A stretch of DNA of 64,000 nt from assembly GCA_965198115.1 (NCBI GenBank), contig OZ240241.1, positions 4,768,001 to 4,832,000 on the forward strand, in the 5' to 3' direction. The stretch comes from Candidatus Latescibacterota bacterium (GTDB taxonomy: Bacteria; Latescibacterota; UBA2968). Below are positions 33,540 to 43,651 of this stretch, piece by piece. Every line of letters begins with the position of its first letter. The first letter of the stretch is position 1. Under the pieces are notes generated by a model. It did no database searches, was not told the DNA's origin, and worked only from the letters and a program-made list of their open reading frames with translations. The position numbers and the translations under genes are program-made.

Positions 33540-34661
33540 ATGAAAGTGACATCGGTCGACGTTCTGCAGTGCGAAGGGGGTACTCGCACGTTGAACTTCG
33601 TGAAGGTCCAGACCGACGCCGGTCACACGGGCTGGGCGGAGTGCAATTGCATGCGGTCGGACCCGATGCTCAAGCCCGCGATCGAACACATAGGCTCCCT
33701 TGTCGTCGGCAGGAATCCATTCCAGATCGAGTGCATCCAACTGGATCTCTACCGCACCACCCAACGACAGATTGGCGGCGTCGCACACCAGGCCATTTCG
33801 GCCATTGACGCTGCCCTTCTTGACATCAAGGGCAAAGCCCTCGGCGTCCCCGTCTACGACCTCTTCGGGGGTCTGGTCAACGAGCGGATTCGCTGCTACT
33901 ACACCCACTGCGGCCGTCCGGAACCCCGGAATCCGGATGCACCCCCTGTCCGATCCCTCGCCGACATCCCCGCCTGCGCCGACTATGTCCGAAGTCTCGG
34001 GTTCCGCGACATCAAGGTGAACTACCCCCGCACGCCCGATGATAGCGGCGGCGACATTTCACCGGGCACGCTGGACGGCGTCGTGCAGTATATCGGTACC
34101 TGGCAGGAAGCGTTGGGCCCCGGATGCAGCATCGCCTTGGACGTTGCATTCTCCTACAAGCTGGTAGGCATCCGCAAGCTCGCCAAGGTGCTCGAGCCGT
34201 TCAACATGCTCTGGCTCGAGGCGGAAACGCTCGATCCTGTTGCCCTCAGGTCCGTCAGGGAGTCCACGTCCACACCCATCTGCATCGGCGAGAGCTTCTA
34301 TCGTAAGCAGGGCTTCAAAGCCTTCTTTGAAAACCACGCCTTCGACTACGTCATGCCCGACACGGTCTGGAATGGAATCACCATGGGCAAGAAGGTCGCC
34401 GATTACGCGAACACCTACGACATCATGTTCGCGCCCCACAATTCCCACGGCTGCCTCGCCGGATGGCAGGCCGCGCATCTGTGTGCCACGCTCGAGAACT
34501 TTAAAATCCTCGAGTACGAGCAAGACGACATGCCCTGGCGCAACGAGATTGTCACGCATCCCACTGTAATCGTCGACGGTTACATTGAAATGTCGGATCG
34601 CCCGGGGCTGGGGTGCGACGTTATCGAGGAAAAGGTCGCGGAACACCCGCCCCAGGCTTGA
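33540..34661 (+). CDS. mandelate racemase / galactonate dehydratase-like enolase superfamily protein
   Basis: AISAIDAALLDIKGKALGVPVYDLFGG, ICIGES, APHN, RPGLG. Confidence 0.9.
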   Translation: MKVTSVDVLQCEGGTRTLNFVKVQTDAGHTGWAECNCMRSDPMLKPAIEHIGSLVVGRNPFQIECIQLDLYRTTQRQIGGVAHQAISAIDAALLDIKGKALGVPVYDLFGGLVNERIRCYYTHCGRPEPRNPDAPPVRSLADIPACADYVRSLGFRDIKVNYPRTPDDSGGDISPGTLDGVVQYIGTWQEALGPGCSIALDVAFSYKLVGIRKLAKVLEPFNMLWLEAETLDPVALRSVRESTSTPICIGESFYRKQGFKAFFENHAFDYVMPDTVWNGITMGKKVADYANTYDIMFAPHNSHGCLAGWQAAHLCATLENFKILEYEQDDMPWRNEIVTHPTVIVDGYIEMSDRPGLGCDVIEEKVAEHPPQA

Positions 34662-34709
34662 CAGCGAAACCTGATCTTCAGCCAATGATTCCGGAGGCGG
34701 ATAGGATGA

Positions 34710-34889
34710 CTAGTGGCCTGTCAGGTAAGTCTCCCTGCAGAATGGACAGAGGCAGGGTCACTTCGAGCGGAGTCGAGAAGTCCCTGTTCGCCCATCGTAA
34801 TGGGCGTGTGTTCTCGACTCGCGCTCGAACTGACGCCGCGAGGAACGATGCCAAAAAAGGACGGTATGACCTCCGTTACAGCCCACTAG
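34710..34889. mobile_element. MITE-like element with CTAG ends enclosing a REP-like palindrome
   Basis: CTAGTGGCCTGT...ACAGCCCACTAG inverted ends; inner GTCACTTCGAGCGGAGTCGAGAA...TTCTCGACTCGCGCTCGAACTGAC (34757-34834). Confidence 0.55.
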
Positions 34890-34968
34890 AATGGGCCTAC
34901 CTGCCCGGAGATAGCGGAGACCGGGTCTGGTGCGGGTTAGTGGATCACACAGCACAGATGGACATCCG

Positions 34969-35754
34969 ATGATCACACCAGAGCAGAAAACATACTTCGA
35001 TACGTTCGGGTTCATCCGCCTGCCCAAGCAGTTCTCCACGAGGGAAACGGAGACCTTCACTCGTGAAGCAGACAAGCTATTTGAGGAGCACCGGGACGGA
35101 CGGCCCTTCGGTGAGGAGGGCCAGCACATCCAGGAGTTCATGGAGAAAAGCCCCGCCCTGATCCGGTTCCTCGAGCACGACCGAATATGGTGCACGGTCG
35201 AGGCACTGCTCGGGCCACGGTTTCTGTGGAACGGGTCCGAGGGCAATGTGACCGTCCGCTCTGAGCACGGCTGGCATACAGACCGTCCCAACGAGCCCCA
35301 CGCCACCACGTACAGCTTCCACCTCTACCTAGATCCTGTCAGGGCGGATACGGGCTGCCTTCGCGTGATCCCCGGTTCTCACCGCCCTCCGCTGCACGAC
35401 GCCCTCTTCCCCATCAACGCCCAGAAACCGGACAGCACCCTGACGACCTATGGGCTGAGCGGACCGGATATGCCCTGCCACGTGCTGGAGTCTGACCCGG
35501 GCGACATCGTCTTTTTTCATCAGAAGATCTATCACGGGGTCTACGGCGCCCAACCCGGTCGACGCTACCTCAAACTCAGGTTTGTCGCGTGGCCCGAGAC
35601 GGACGAGCAGATCGCCTCGCTGATGCGTTACAACAAGAGGGGCCGTATCTACCAGCCGGATGATGCGCTTCTGAACAGCGACCGTCCGCGAATTAGGGCA
35701 ATGATCGACCCCCTGTTGGAACTGACCGAACGGACTAGAGGCTGGAACGCATGA
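34969..35754 (+). CDS. phytanoyl-CoA dioxygenase (PhyH) family
   Basis: FDTFGF, GWHTD, LRVIPGSH, IYHG. Confidence 0.88.
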   Translation: MITPEQKTYFDTFGFIRLPKQFSTRETETFTREADKLFEEHRDGRPFGEEGQHIQEFMEKSPALIRFLEHDRIWCTVEALLGPRFLWNGSEGNVTVRSEHGWHTDRPNEPHATTYSFHLYLDPVRADTGCLRVIPGSHRPPLHDALFPINAQKPDSTLTTYGLSGPDMPCHVLESDPGDIVFFHQKIYHGVYGAQPGRRYLKLRFVAWPETDEQIASLMRYNKRGRIYQPDDALLNSDRPRIRAMIDPLLELTERTRGWNA

Positions 35755-35912
35755 GACACAGACCGTACAGTTAGACCGGGCACATTGGCGAGCGTATGCT
35801 GACGCATCAAGTTGCGTCAGACGACTTTCGGTCAGTTTTGTATCATGTGGTGGAATACACGGTCGGGAACAGAATCAGGTGGCTCAAGCACGGTGTAGAA
35901 AGGACTGTGGAG

Positions 35913-36275
35913 ATGAGCAAGAGAGTGCTGGTAGCTGAAGATGAAGAACCCATTCGGGAGATGATTTCCGAGATGCTGGAACGTGCTGGCTACGAGGTCG
36001 AGACAGCCTCGGACGGACCGACTGCGTTCAGTCGAATACGGGGCGGTTCGTCCGATCTCGTCCTGTTGGACGTATGGATGTCGGGGGAAACGGGTCTCCA
36101 GGTATTGGAAGCCCTGGAAGCTGGAGGGGAAGAGACACCGAGGACCATCCTGATCACCGGCGATGACAGGCAGGAAACACGCCAACAGGCAGAACAGCTC
36201 AAGGCATATCGCTTCCTGGAGAAACCGTTCCAGCCGAAGGCGCTTCTGTCGGCAGTGGAGGAAGCACTCGCGTAA
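35913..36275 (+). CDS. single-domain response regulator
   Basis: LVAEDE, LLDVWM, ITG, EKP. Confidence 0.9.
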   Translation: MSKRVLVAEDEEPIREMISEMLERAGYEVETASDGPTAFSRIRGGSSDLVLLDVWMSGETGLQVLEALEAGGEETPRTILITGDDRQETRQQAEQLKAYRFLEKPFQPKALLSAVEEALA

Positions 36276-36355
36276 TCGTCCGACAACGTGATTCCAACGT
36301 ATGAATCTCGGCAAGTTTTAGGACAGCTGTCCCACGACGACACGAGGACTTTACG

Positions 36356-37305
36356 ATGGACCGACAGAGCGTAGGCCTGGCGAAAGGTACGGATCGACGC
36401 GAGAACGTTTCCGGGCAATGGATCTCGTACGGGCAGACTTATCTCCCAAGCTTCGCCACGAGGTGATGCTCAAACCCAATTTCCTGACGAGCAAGAATCA
36501 GCTGGCGAGCACACACGTGGACGCGATCAGGGGTGCCATCGATTTCCTGATGTCCTGTCCTGACCGCCCAGAGAGAATCCTGGTTGCCGAAGGCGGAAAC
36601 GAGGATCGATCTGGGGAAGCGTTCGACAACTTTGGCTACGGGAAGCTGGTGGAGGAGTATGACGCCCCGATCGAGCTGGTCGACCTCAACCTCGAGACAT
36701 CGTGGGAAACGGTCGACATCTTTCTGAAAGACCGGTCAAGCTACACCGTTCACGTGCCACGAACCGTTCTCGACTGTCCTTGCACCATCTCTGTAGCGGT
36801 CGCCAAGACCCACAACGTTTGCTGCGTGACGCTTGCCGTGAAGAACATGATCATGGGAACGATCCGGAAACAGGATCGGAGTAAGATGCACGGAAATCCT
36901 GGAGAAGGCGATTTCGACACAACGGACGAGGCTCGGTGCCTGAACATCAACCTGATTCGCCTCGCACGCTATCTCACACCGGATATCGGCGTGATAGATG
37001 GAACGGTCGGTTTGCAGGGCAACGGTCCCGGCGGTACGGACTAGATCCCACTCGGCGTGGCTGGTGCAAGCTCGGATCCCTTCGCTGTGGATGCGGTACT
37101 CGCGAAAGCGATGGGCTTCGAGCCGATGGGATTGGGGCTGCTCTCCTACGCACACGATCTGGGAATAGGCATCACAGACCTCGACCGGATCGATATCCTC
37201 GGTAGTCCCCTCGAGACGGTCTCCCGTGAATTCAAACCTCACGAAACCAACGATCTACAGCTCCAATGGCAGGATCAGGAAGCGGATCGGTTTCTGTCGG
37301 TCTAG
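36356..37305 (+). pseudogene. DUF362 family protein with an N-terminal frameshift and an in-frame TAG at 37042-37044
   Basis: MLKPNF, VAEG, AKTH, TLAVKNM, GLQGNGPGGTD*IPLGVAGASSDPFAVDAV. Confidence 0.8.
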
Positions 37306-37392
37306 TACCACCGTATCACCAGAGTGCGACAGAGTTGCACCTGTGCCAGACGACGCAGGTTGGGAAACCGTCCTGGAGGACTACGTGCTAAC

Positions 37393-39371
37393 TAAACCTT
37401 GGTAAGCCCCCGGCTCTGCCGGGGAGACTCCCAGAGTTTGACAGTTCCAGAAATATGTAAGAGCCTCCCTTGCCGTGGACCGCTCAAAGCACACGGAAGG
37501 AAGGCTCTCGAGCTCAGGTCAATAGGTGTGTAAAAGAAATCAGGCGGCCATCTTCCCGGCTTCGACCTGCGGTCCGGTTGAGTGTTTCTGATCGTAGACT
37601 TGTTGTAGCAAGTGTGGCGCGGTGAGTTTCCTGAATCGGCTCTCTGCGACCTTGAGCGTACGCCAGATGAGAGCCGTGGCGTTCCTGACTTTCTTGAATC
37701 GCCTGGCGGCGTTTGTGCGAAGCCGAACGGAAGCAAAGGGGCTCTCGACGACGTTCGTGGTTCTCAGGTGTTTCCAGTGTTCCTTCGGGAAGTCGTAGAA
37801 CGTGACCATCCGATCCCAGTTTCTTTCGAGCGTCTCCACGGCGGCAGGGAACTGTGAGCGATACCGTGCGGCAAAGCGTTTCCGGAGCTTCTCGGCCTCC
37901 TTTTTCGTGCCGGCATAGGGGATCTGGACGAGCAGTGCGCGGGCTTCAGCCTGTGCACGCTTGGCGACCTTGTCGAGCACGTTGAGGATCTTGTGGTTCC
38001 AGCACCGTTGTTGCCGGCTCTCTGGCCAGACCTGATCAACGGCCGCCCAGATGCCCATATTCCCGTCCGCGGCGATCAGGACAGGATGTTCGAGCCCGCG
38101 ATCCCGGAGATCCCGGAGCACCGTGAGCCAGGATTCTGTAGACTCTCGATAACCGGGTTCTATCGCCAGGATCTCCTTGCTGCCGTCGCTCATCGCGCCG
38201 ATCACGACCAGCAGACACGCCTTCTCGCGCTCGAGCCCGGCTTTGACGTAGATGCCATCAGCCCAGGCGTAGACCAGTTCGCGATTATCCAGACGCCTTT
38301 CTTTCCAGTCCTGGAAGTCGACCTCCCACTTCCCTCGAAGACGAGCGATCGAGGTCGGCGAAAGCGGCGCGCCATCACCGAGCAGCGCACGCAAAGACAA
38401 CTCGAAGTCGCCCTGGGAGAGACCGTGGAGATAAAGGTCGGGAAGCAGATCTCCAATGGCCCTGGTTCTCCGGGCGAACAGGGGGAGGATGCGGCTTTCA
38501 AACCGCTCTTCCAGACCACGAACCCGGGGACGCCGGACCTTGATCGTTCCGCAGCTCGTCGAGAGACGCCGGGGCTTGCCGTAGCCGTTCCTGTAGCCCC
38601 TGGAGCTATCGACCTCGGCTCGGCGCTCATACCACGACCGGCCCAAGAACGCGGTCGCCTCCTCCTCCAGAATGGACTGGAACCGGCCCTGGATCTCTTC
38701 ACGGATCCAATCGTCAACCGTCTCCCACGTCGGCATGGACTTCAATGGGGCTCTATGCGTATGTTCCTTCACGGCGATCCTCCTTCCCAACCGGGCCTCT
38801 CACCCGGTTTTGTGTGAATCAACTATCTCACGGGAAGGGTAGGGTCGCCCTTTCTCTTTTTCCACACCTTTTGATTATAGCTCGTATGGGAGTGCAAGTA
38901 TGACGTTGTTTGGGTTCGGAAGTATCGTAGAAAAGTGTTGTATGGTGAAATTCGTCGCTATCTGGGCGAGGTGATTCGGGATCTGGCCGCACAGAAGGAA
39001 TGCCGTGTGGAAGAGGGTCACCTGCGATCCGACCATGTGCACACGCTGATTTCGATCCCGCCGAAGCACTCAGTAGCTCAGACGGTAGGGTTCATCAAAG
39101 GAAAGAGTGCGATTCACATTGCTCGGAACTATCTGGGACGCAGGTCGAACTTCACCGGGCAGCATTTCTGGGCAAGAGGCTACTGGGTCTCCACCGTTGG
39201 CAAGGATGAACAGACGGTTCGGGAGTATATCCAGAACCAGGAGCGGGAGGACCGGCGTCTCGACCAGCTCAACATTTTCAGGTAATCGCCACCTTTAGGT
39301 GGCGCTTGGTTTCCAACCGCTTTGAGCGGTTCACAAGTTTTCAAGCCTCCGGCTTTGCCGGAGGTCATGAC
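37393..39371 (+). mobile_element. tnpA: IS200 copy 2, interrupted by IS256
   Basis: Left end after TAAC at 37389-37392; tnpA body 38884-39285; right end GGAGGTCATGAC. Confidence 0.92.
37510..38883 (-). mobile_element. IS256 copy 3 (transposase 37540-38790)
   Basis: Near-identical to copy 1. Confidence 0.95.
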
Positions 39372-40801
39372 TCTCCCAAAGTTCTGTTTGGGGGTCGAAG
39401 TGGCTGATGCCGTTGTCAGTGGCGACCCAGACCGTGCCGTCCGCGTCGGGAAGGACCTCCCGCGAGGTTTCGCTGGCCAGACCATCACGCATCCTGTAGG
39501 TTCGCCAAGCTGCCTGACCTGAACCGGCATACGACCTGTATCGCGAGACACCCAGGCCGCCAGCACCCACGTACGTGCACCACAGATCCGAACCGACTAC
39601 CTGAAATCCCCTTGCCTTATTGCCCGGAAATCCTTCCTCGTAGCTCGACCAGGCGGTGCCGGTGAACCAGCTCATGCCGTTGAGCGTGCCGGCCCAGATA
39701 GTGCCGTCGGATGACTGACCGAAGCCGTAGATCCGATTGTGGAGGAGGCCATCATCCGTGGTGTAATGGGTCCAGGGAGTCTGCCCTGAGTCTGCCGAAG
39801 GGTCGAAATGCATCACACCATCGCCGACCAGGCCCTTTCCAGCCCGGGCCAGACATTGGTGCCGAACCAGATGTCTCCGCTGGCTACAACGAAAGGAGAA
39901 TGGAGTCGCTCGGCATCAACGCCAGGGTCCAGAACCTGCCAGGACTGTCCATCGTAACGGCTGACCGCTGCCTTTCCGTCCCTGCTGCCGGCCACCCAGA
40001 AGGTGCTGTCAGTGGGGTGATAAGTCAGACCCAAACTGCCTCTGATAGCACTACTTGAGCCAATCGACAGGCGCTGGAGACCCATGTCAGATGCTGTGTG
40101 GGTCTCCCACCGACCTGCCACGTGCCTACACCATCCTCTTGATTGAGCCCCGAGGAACCACACTGAGCCGTCGTCGGTGGCTGTCATAGCCCCGTAGGGG
40201 GGGTCGAGCAGTCCTTCCGTGGGTCCGTAGAGCACCCAGTTCTTGCCGTCGTAGCGAACTGGACCGTCGTCGGTCACGAACCATGTGGAGCCGTCCGGTG
40301 CGCGATGACCACCCCCAAGCGCACGACCTACATCAAATCGCGTGCGGAAGTGCTCCCGAACCCGAATCCGGTATGCGTGAGGGCGTTGGTAGGGAGATAG
40401 CCACAACGAGCCGCTGCGGCTTAAGCGGGCGTAGAGGGCCCCGCTTGGCTTTAGGGCAGAATCCACAACCCGCCAGCCCTCGCCAGTAAAGGTCACAATG
40501 TCGCCGTTCGTGCTGACCGACAAGATTCGTCTGTCCGGCGTCTCCCAGACGGAGAGGTGCTTCACATCGGCGAGACCATCCGCAGACCGGTATACGGTCC
40601 ATCCATCATCCTTATACCGAACGATGGCCGGCACGTCCCAGGATGTGGCCCAAACCGACCCATCTGACGTTTGAACGACCTCGACGTAGACGAGACCAGG
40701 AAGGCCCTGCTCCGGACCGAACACCGACCATTCGCCGCCACGGTAGCGGAGCAGTCCCTGCCCCTTCGAAGGGGAATTATAACTAATCGTAACCAAAACG
40801 C

Positions 40802-40830
40802 TTGACTTTCGTATTCCCTGTGGTTACTAT
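40802..40830 (+). promoter_or_regulatory. sigma70-like promoter of the IS1595 transposase
   Basis: TTGACT-17 nt-TACTAT. Confidence 0.6.
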
Positions 40831-40866
40831 TAGTATATAAATCAACCACAAATCAAGGGGGATACG

Positions 40867-41799
40867 ATGGCCAAGTCAGGACCAGGCAAGCACTTCAGGA
40901 AGGGACTTTCGCTGTTGGAGGTCATGCAGATGTTCCCCGACAATACATCGGCAGAGGAATGGATTGCACAATGCCGTTGGGACGGCGAACCCGCTTGTCC
41001 GCATTGCGGGGGTGTCAACGTTCAAACCGGCGCGAAGCATCCGAGCCAGCCCTACCGGTGCCGCGAGTGTCGGAATTTCTTCAGTGTAAAGACGGGCACC
41101 GCGATGGCGGGGAGCAACCTGGGTTATCAGGTGTGGGCGATCGCCGTCTACCTGCTGGCTACGGGCCTAAAGGGCCAAGCGTCCATGAAGCTGCACCGCG
41201 ATCTTGATATTTCACAGAAAGCCGCATGGTTTCTGGCGCACCGGCTACGGGAGACGTGGGATGATCGCAAAGCGCAGTTCAACGGGCCGGTGGAAGCCGA
41301 TGAGTGCTACATCGGTGGGGTTGAAAAGAACAAGCATATGAACATGCGGGCCAATCTGGGCCGGGGTCCGAGCGGGAAGACGGCCATCGTCGGAATGAAG
41401 GATCGGGCAACCGGCAAGGTGGCCGCCCGTTTGGTTGAATCGACCGACAGACTGACGCTGCAAGGCTTTGTGCAGAACAATGTTGTGGAGGGTGCGAAGG
41501 TCTACACGGACGAATCGGCGGGCTACAAAGGGCTGGCGAATCACGAGACAGTCAAGCACTCTGTGTCCGAGTATGTGAATGGCCAAGCGCACACGAACGG
41601 CGTGGAGAGTTTCTGGGCACTCCTCAAGCGTGGCTATCACGGCACCTACCATCGTATGAGCCCCAAGCACTTACAGCGCTACGTCAACGAGTTCAGCGGG
41701 CGTCACAACATCCGACTGCTCGATACCGTCCACCAGATGCGGGCTATCATCCGTGGTCTCGAAGGCAAGCGGCTTCGTTACCGGGAGCTTACGGCGTGA
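40867..41799 (+). CDS. IS1595 transposase
   Basis: CPHCG...CRECR zinc ribbon, VEADECYIGG, YTDE, HTNGVESFWALLKRG. Confidence 0.95.
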   Translation: MAKSGPGKHFRKGLSLLEVMQMFPDNTSAEEWIAQCRWDGEPACPHCGGVNVQTGAKHPSQPYRCRECRNFFSVKTGTAMAGSNLGYQVWAIAVYLLATGLKGQASMKLHRDLDISQKAAWFLAHRLRETWDDRKAQFNGPVEADECYIGGVEKNKHMNMRANLGRGPSGKTAIVGMKDRATGKVAARLVESTDRLTLQGFVQNNVVEGAKVYTDESAGYKGLANHETVKHSVSEYVNGQAHTNGVESFWALLKRGYHGTYHRMSPKHLQRYVNEFSGRHNIRLLDTVHQMRAIIRGLEGKRLRYRELTA

Positions 41800-42356
41800 G
41801 CGACCCCAAAGCGCACGTTCGACACCTTTATGGAGGTCAGAAAATGAAGCCAATGACTCAACTTATTCATGGAATTGAGGAAAAAGACAAACTCTTTTTC
41901 GGCTTATCGGACACACTCGACGTCAAAGCAAGCGTTTCATTGATTCTGATCACGTTTCTGTCTGCACAAACCGCTTATTTTCTTAACCTCGACACTGCAC
42001 ACGCAGTTGTATTATTTTCCCAAACTCTTTCTGCAATAGTTCTTAGTGTGGGCGGAGTTCTGGCACTGAGTATTCTCTGGCCACGCTACCATGAGACCGA
42101 AAGCATAGAGAAAATGGATCTCTGGTATCAAGAACTAAAAAAGTGTTTTGAAGGTGAAGCGGAGGCCGACCAAAAAACTAATGAACTGTTTGAACGTGGA
42201 AGGTTCGATGGTCTGAAGAAACAAGTAAGCCATAACCGCTCCATCGTTAGACGGAAAGCAAGCCTCGCCGAGTGGTGCTATCGATGTATAGTGCTCTCTG
42301 TTGTGTTAAATATCGCGTGCTTTCTCTTACACTTCGCTAACCGAAACCTTTCTTGA
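41796..42356 (+). CDS. multi-TM passenger protein resembling the Pycsar effector / DUF5706 pattern
   Basis: LDVKAS followed by TM1, TM2 ending in WPR, and N..IVRRK before TM3; lower GC than the host. Confidence 0.6.
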   Translation: MSDPKAHVRHLYGGQKMKPMTQLIHGIEEKDKLFFGLSDTLDVKASVSLILITFLSAQTAYFLNLDTAHAVVLFSQTLSAIVLSVGGVLALSILWPRYHETESIEKMDLWYQELKKCFEGEAEADQKTNELFERGRFDGLKKQVSHNRSIVRRKASLAEWCYRCIVLSVVLNIACFLLHFANRNLS

Positions 42357-42468
42357 CTTGTTCTGGCGGCGGAGGCGTCGGCGATGGCGTGGGCGCAGGC
42401 GCAGGCGCAGGCGCAGGCGCAGGCGGTGGTTCATTCTGTTTTTCGTCGTTGTTTTTTTCGTCAGCCAT
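42337..42468 (-). CDS. 43-aa Pro-rich micro-peptide
   Basis: MADEKNNDEKQNEPPPAPAPAPAPAPTPSPTPPPPEQVKKGFG*; contains (GGCGCA)5 at 42392-42421. Confidence 0.5.
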   Translation of the reverse strand: MADEKNNDEKQNEPPPAPAPAPAPAPTPSPTPPPPEQVKKGFG

Positions 42469-42559
42469 TTGAGTTCTTTCTGTGGAGGTTAATTATGGAC
42501 GATTCATCTACTGTCAAGTCTGACAGGGAAGATTTATGGGAATGCGCGTAGATAAGGGC

Positions 42560-42772
42560 TTAAGGGGATTGGCGTCGGCTTCGATATTTTCCAGTCTTTA
42601 ACTGAAATGTGTTACGTGATACATTTTGGATGTTCTTTCCCTTCGCGCGGGCACTACCGATTCGACCGCGCACTTGGTTTGTCGACAATCCCATTTCTTT
42701 TGCCAGATCCTTGACGTGTGCACCATTTGGATATTTCGCGAATAACTCGATAAGGTCGTGGTAACTCTGCAT
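42560..42772 (-). CDS. small HTH protein (IS passenger)
   Basis: VKDLAKEMGLSTNQVRGRI helix-turn-helix; GAGG RBS. Confidence 0.65.
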   Translation of the reverse strand: MQSYHDLIELFAKYPNGAHVKDLAKEMGLSTNQVRGRIGSARAKGKNIQNVSRNTFQLKTGKYRSRRQSP

Positions 42773-42896
42773 GCATACCTCTATCGCTACAAGACTTTCA
42801 ATATGGGGTTGCTTTGCATAAACAGCCCGGCAGGATGGCAGGCTGCCGATATGATCCCATATGAGATCATATTCTGGACCCTAAGAAAGAAAGCCA

Positions 42897-43001
42897 ATGC
42901 CCGATAGGATACTGGACACCCCAGAAGATATCATGCGGGCGCTTGTGACTACACCGCTCAAAGCAAAGGCCGAAAACAAGAAACTCGGTGTGCGGAGGTG
43001 A
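42897..43001 (+). CDS. shortened paralog of the terminal DTPE mini-protein
   Basis: MPDRILDTPEDIMRALVTTPL versus MPEPIPDTPENIMKAFIKTPP. Confidence 0.45.
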   Translation: MPDRILDTPEDIMRALVTTPLKAKAENKKLGVRR

Positions 43002-43004
43002 AAA

Positions 43005-43376
43005 ATGAGTAACGACGAACAATATAAAGTCATTGGGCTCTTGGTGATTCAACACCAAGAGCAGCAACGCCATGTGGTCTGCGTCGAGGAAAAGCGGAAG
43101 AAGCTGGTCTCCGCTTTGCGGAAAACACAGGAGCTGTTAGAGGGGAGCGATTCTATCATGATGACCAGGGCAGACAACGATTCCCTGACCATCGATCAGC
43201 CATCCGGTGGATTGGTGGTAATAAGCCCTGATCCCCCCACAACGCATATAGAATATCCAAGCTTTGCGGAGTTGCAGAAATTCATCGCCGATTACAAGGA
43301 AGCGATCAACGCATTCAATGAAGTCGAGAGCCAATTGAAAAAGATACACCCCGGCTTATTCAGCAACTCGGTATGA
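43005..43376 (+). CDS. hypothetical helical/coiled-coil passenger protein
   Basis: GGAGGT RBS; 123-aa ORF. Confidence 0.6.
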   Translation: MSNDEQYKVIGLLVIQHQEQQRHVVCVEEKRKKLVSALRKTQELLEGSDSIMMTRADNDSLTIDQPSGGLVVISPDPPTTHIEYPSFAELQKFIADYKEAINAFNEVESQLKKIHPGLFSNSV

Positions 43377-43477
43377 TCGCATTATGTTTTCCCCCAGTTG
43401 GGTTTGTTCATAATCTTCATTATAAAACGGGCAAAACGTAAAATCCAACTAATTGTGCGATGCGAAGGAGTAGAACC

Positions 43478-43651
43478 ATGAATGACGAAAAGCAGAAGCG
43501 CCCGCGCGGCCGACCGCCGAAGCATCTGATGCCGGAGCCGATCCCCGACACCCCCGAAAACATCATGAAAGCGTTCATCAAGACGCCGCCACGGAAACGG
43601 GAAGATTGGAAGTTTGTGCAGGAACGTGAGGAAAAGAAGCGGGCCACTTAG
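43478..43651 (+). CDS. AT-hook DTPE mini-protein at the IS1595 right end
   Basis: AAGGAG RBS; KRPRGRPPK...IPDTPENIMKA; stop codon lies just before the TIR. Confidence 0.65.
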   Translation: MNDEKQKRPRGRPPKHLMPEPIPDTPENIMKAFIKTPPRKREDWKFVQEREEKKRAT

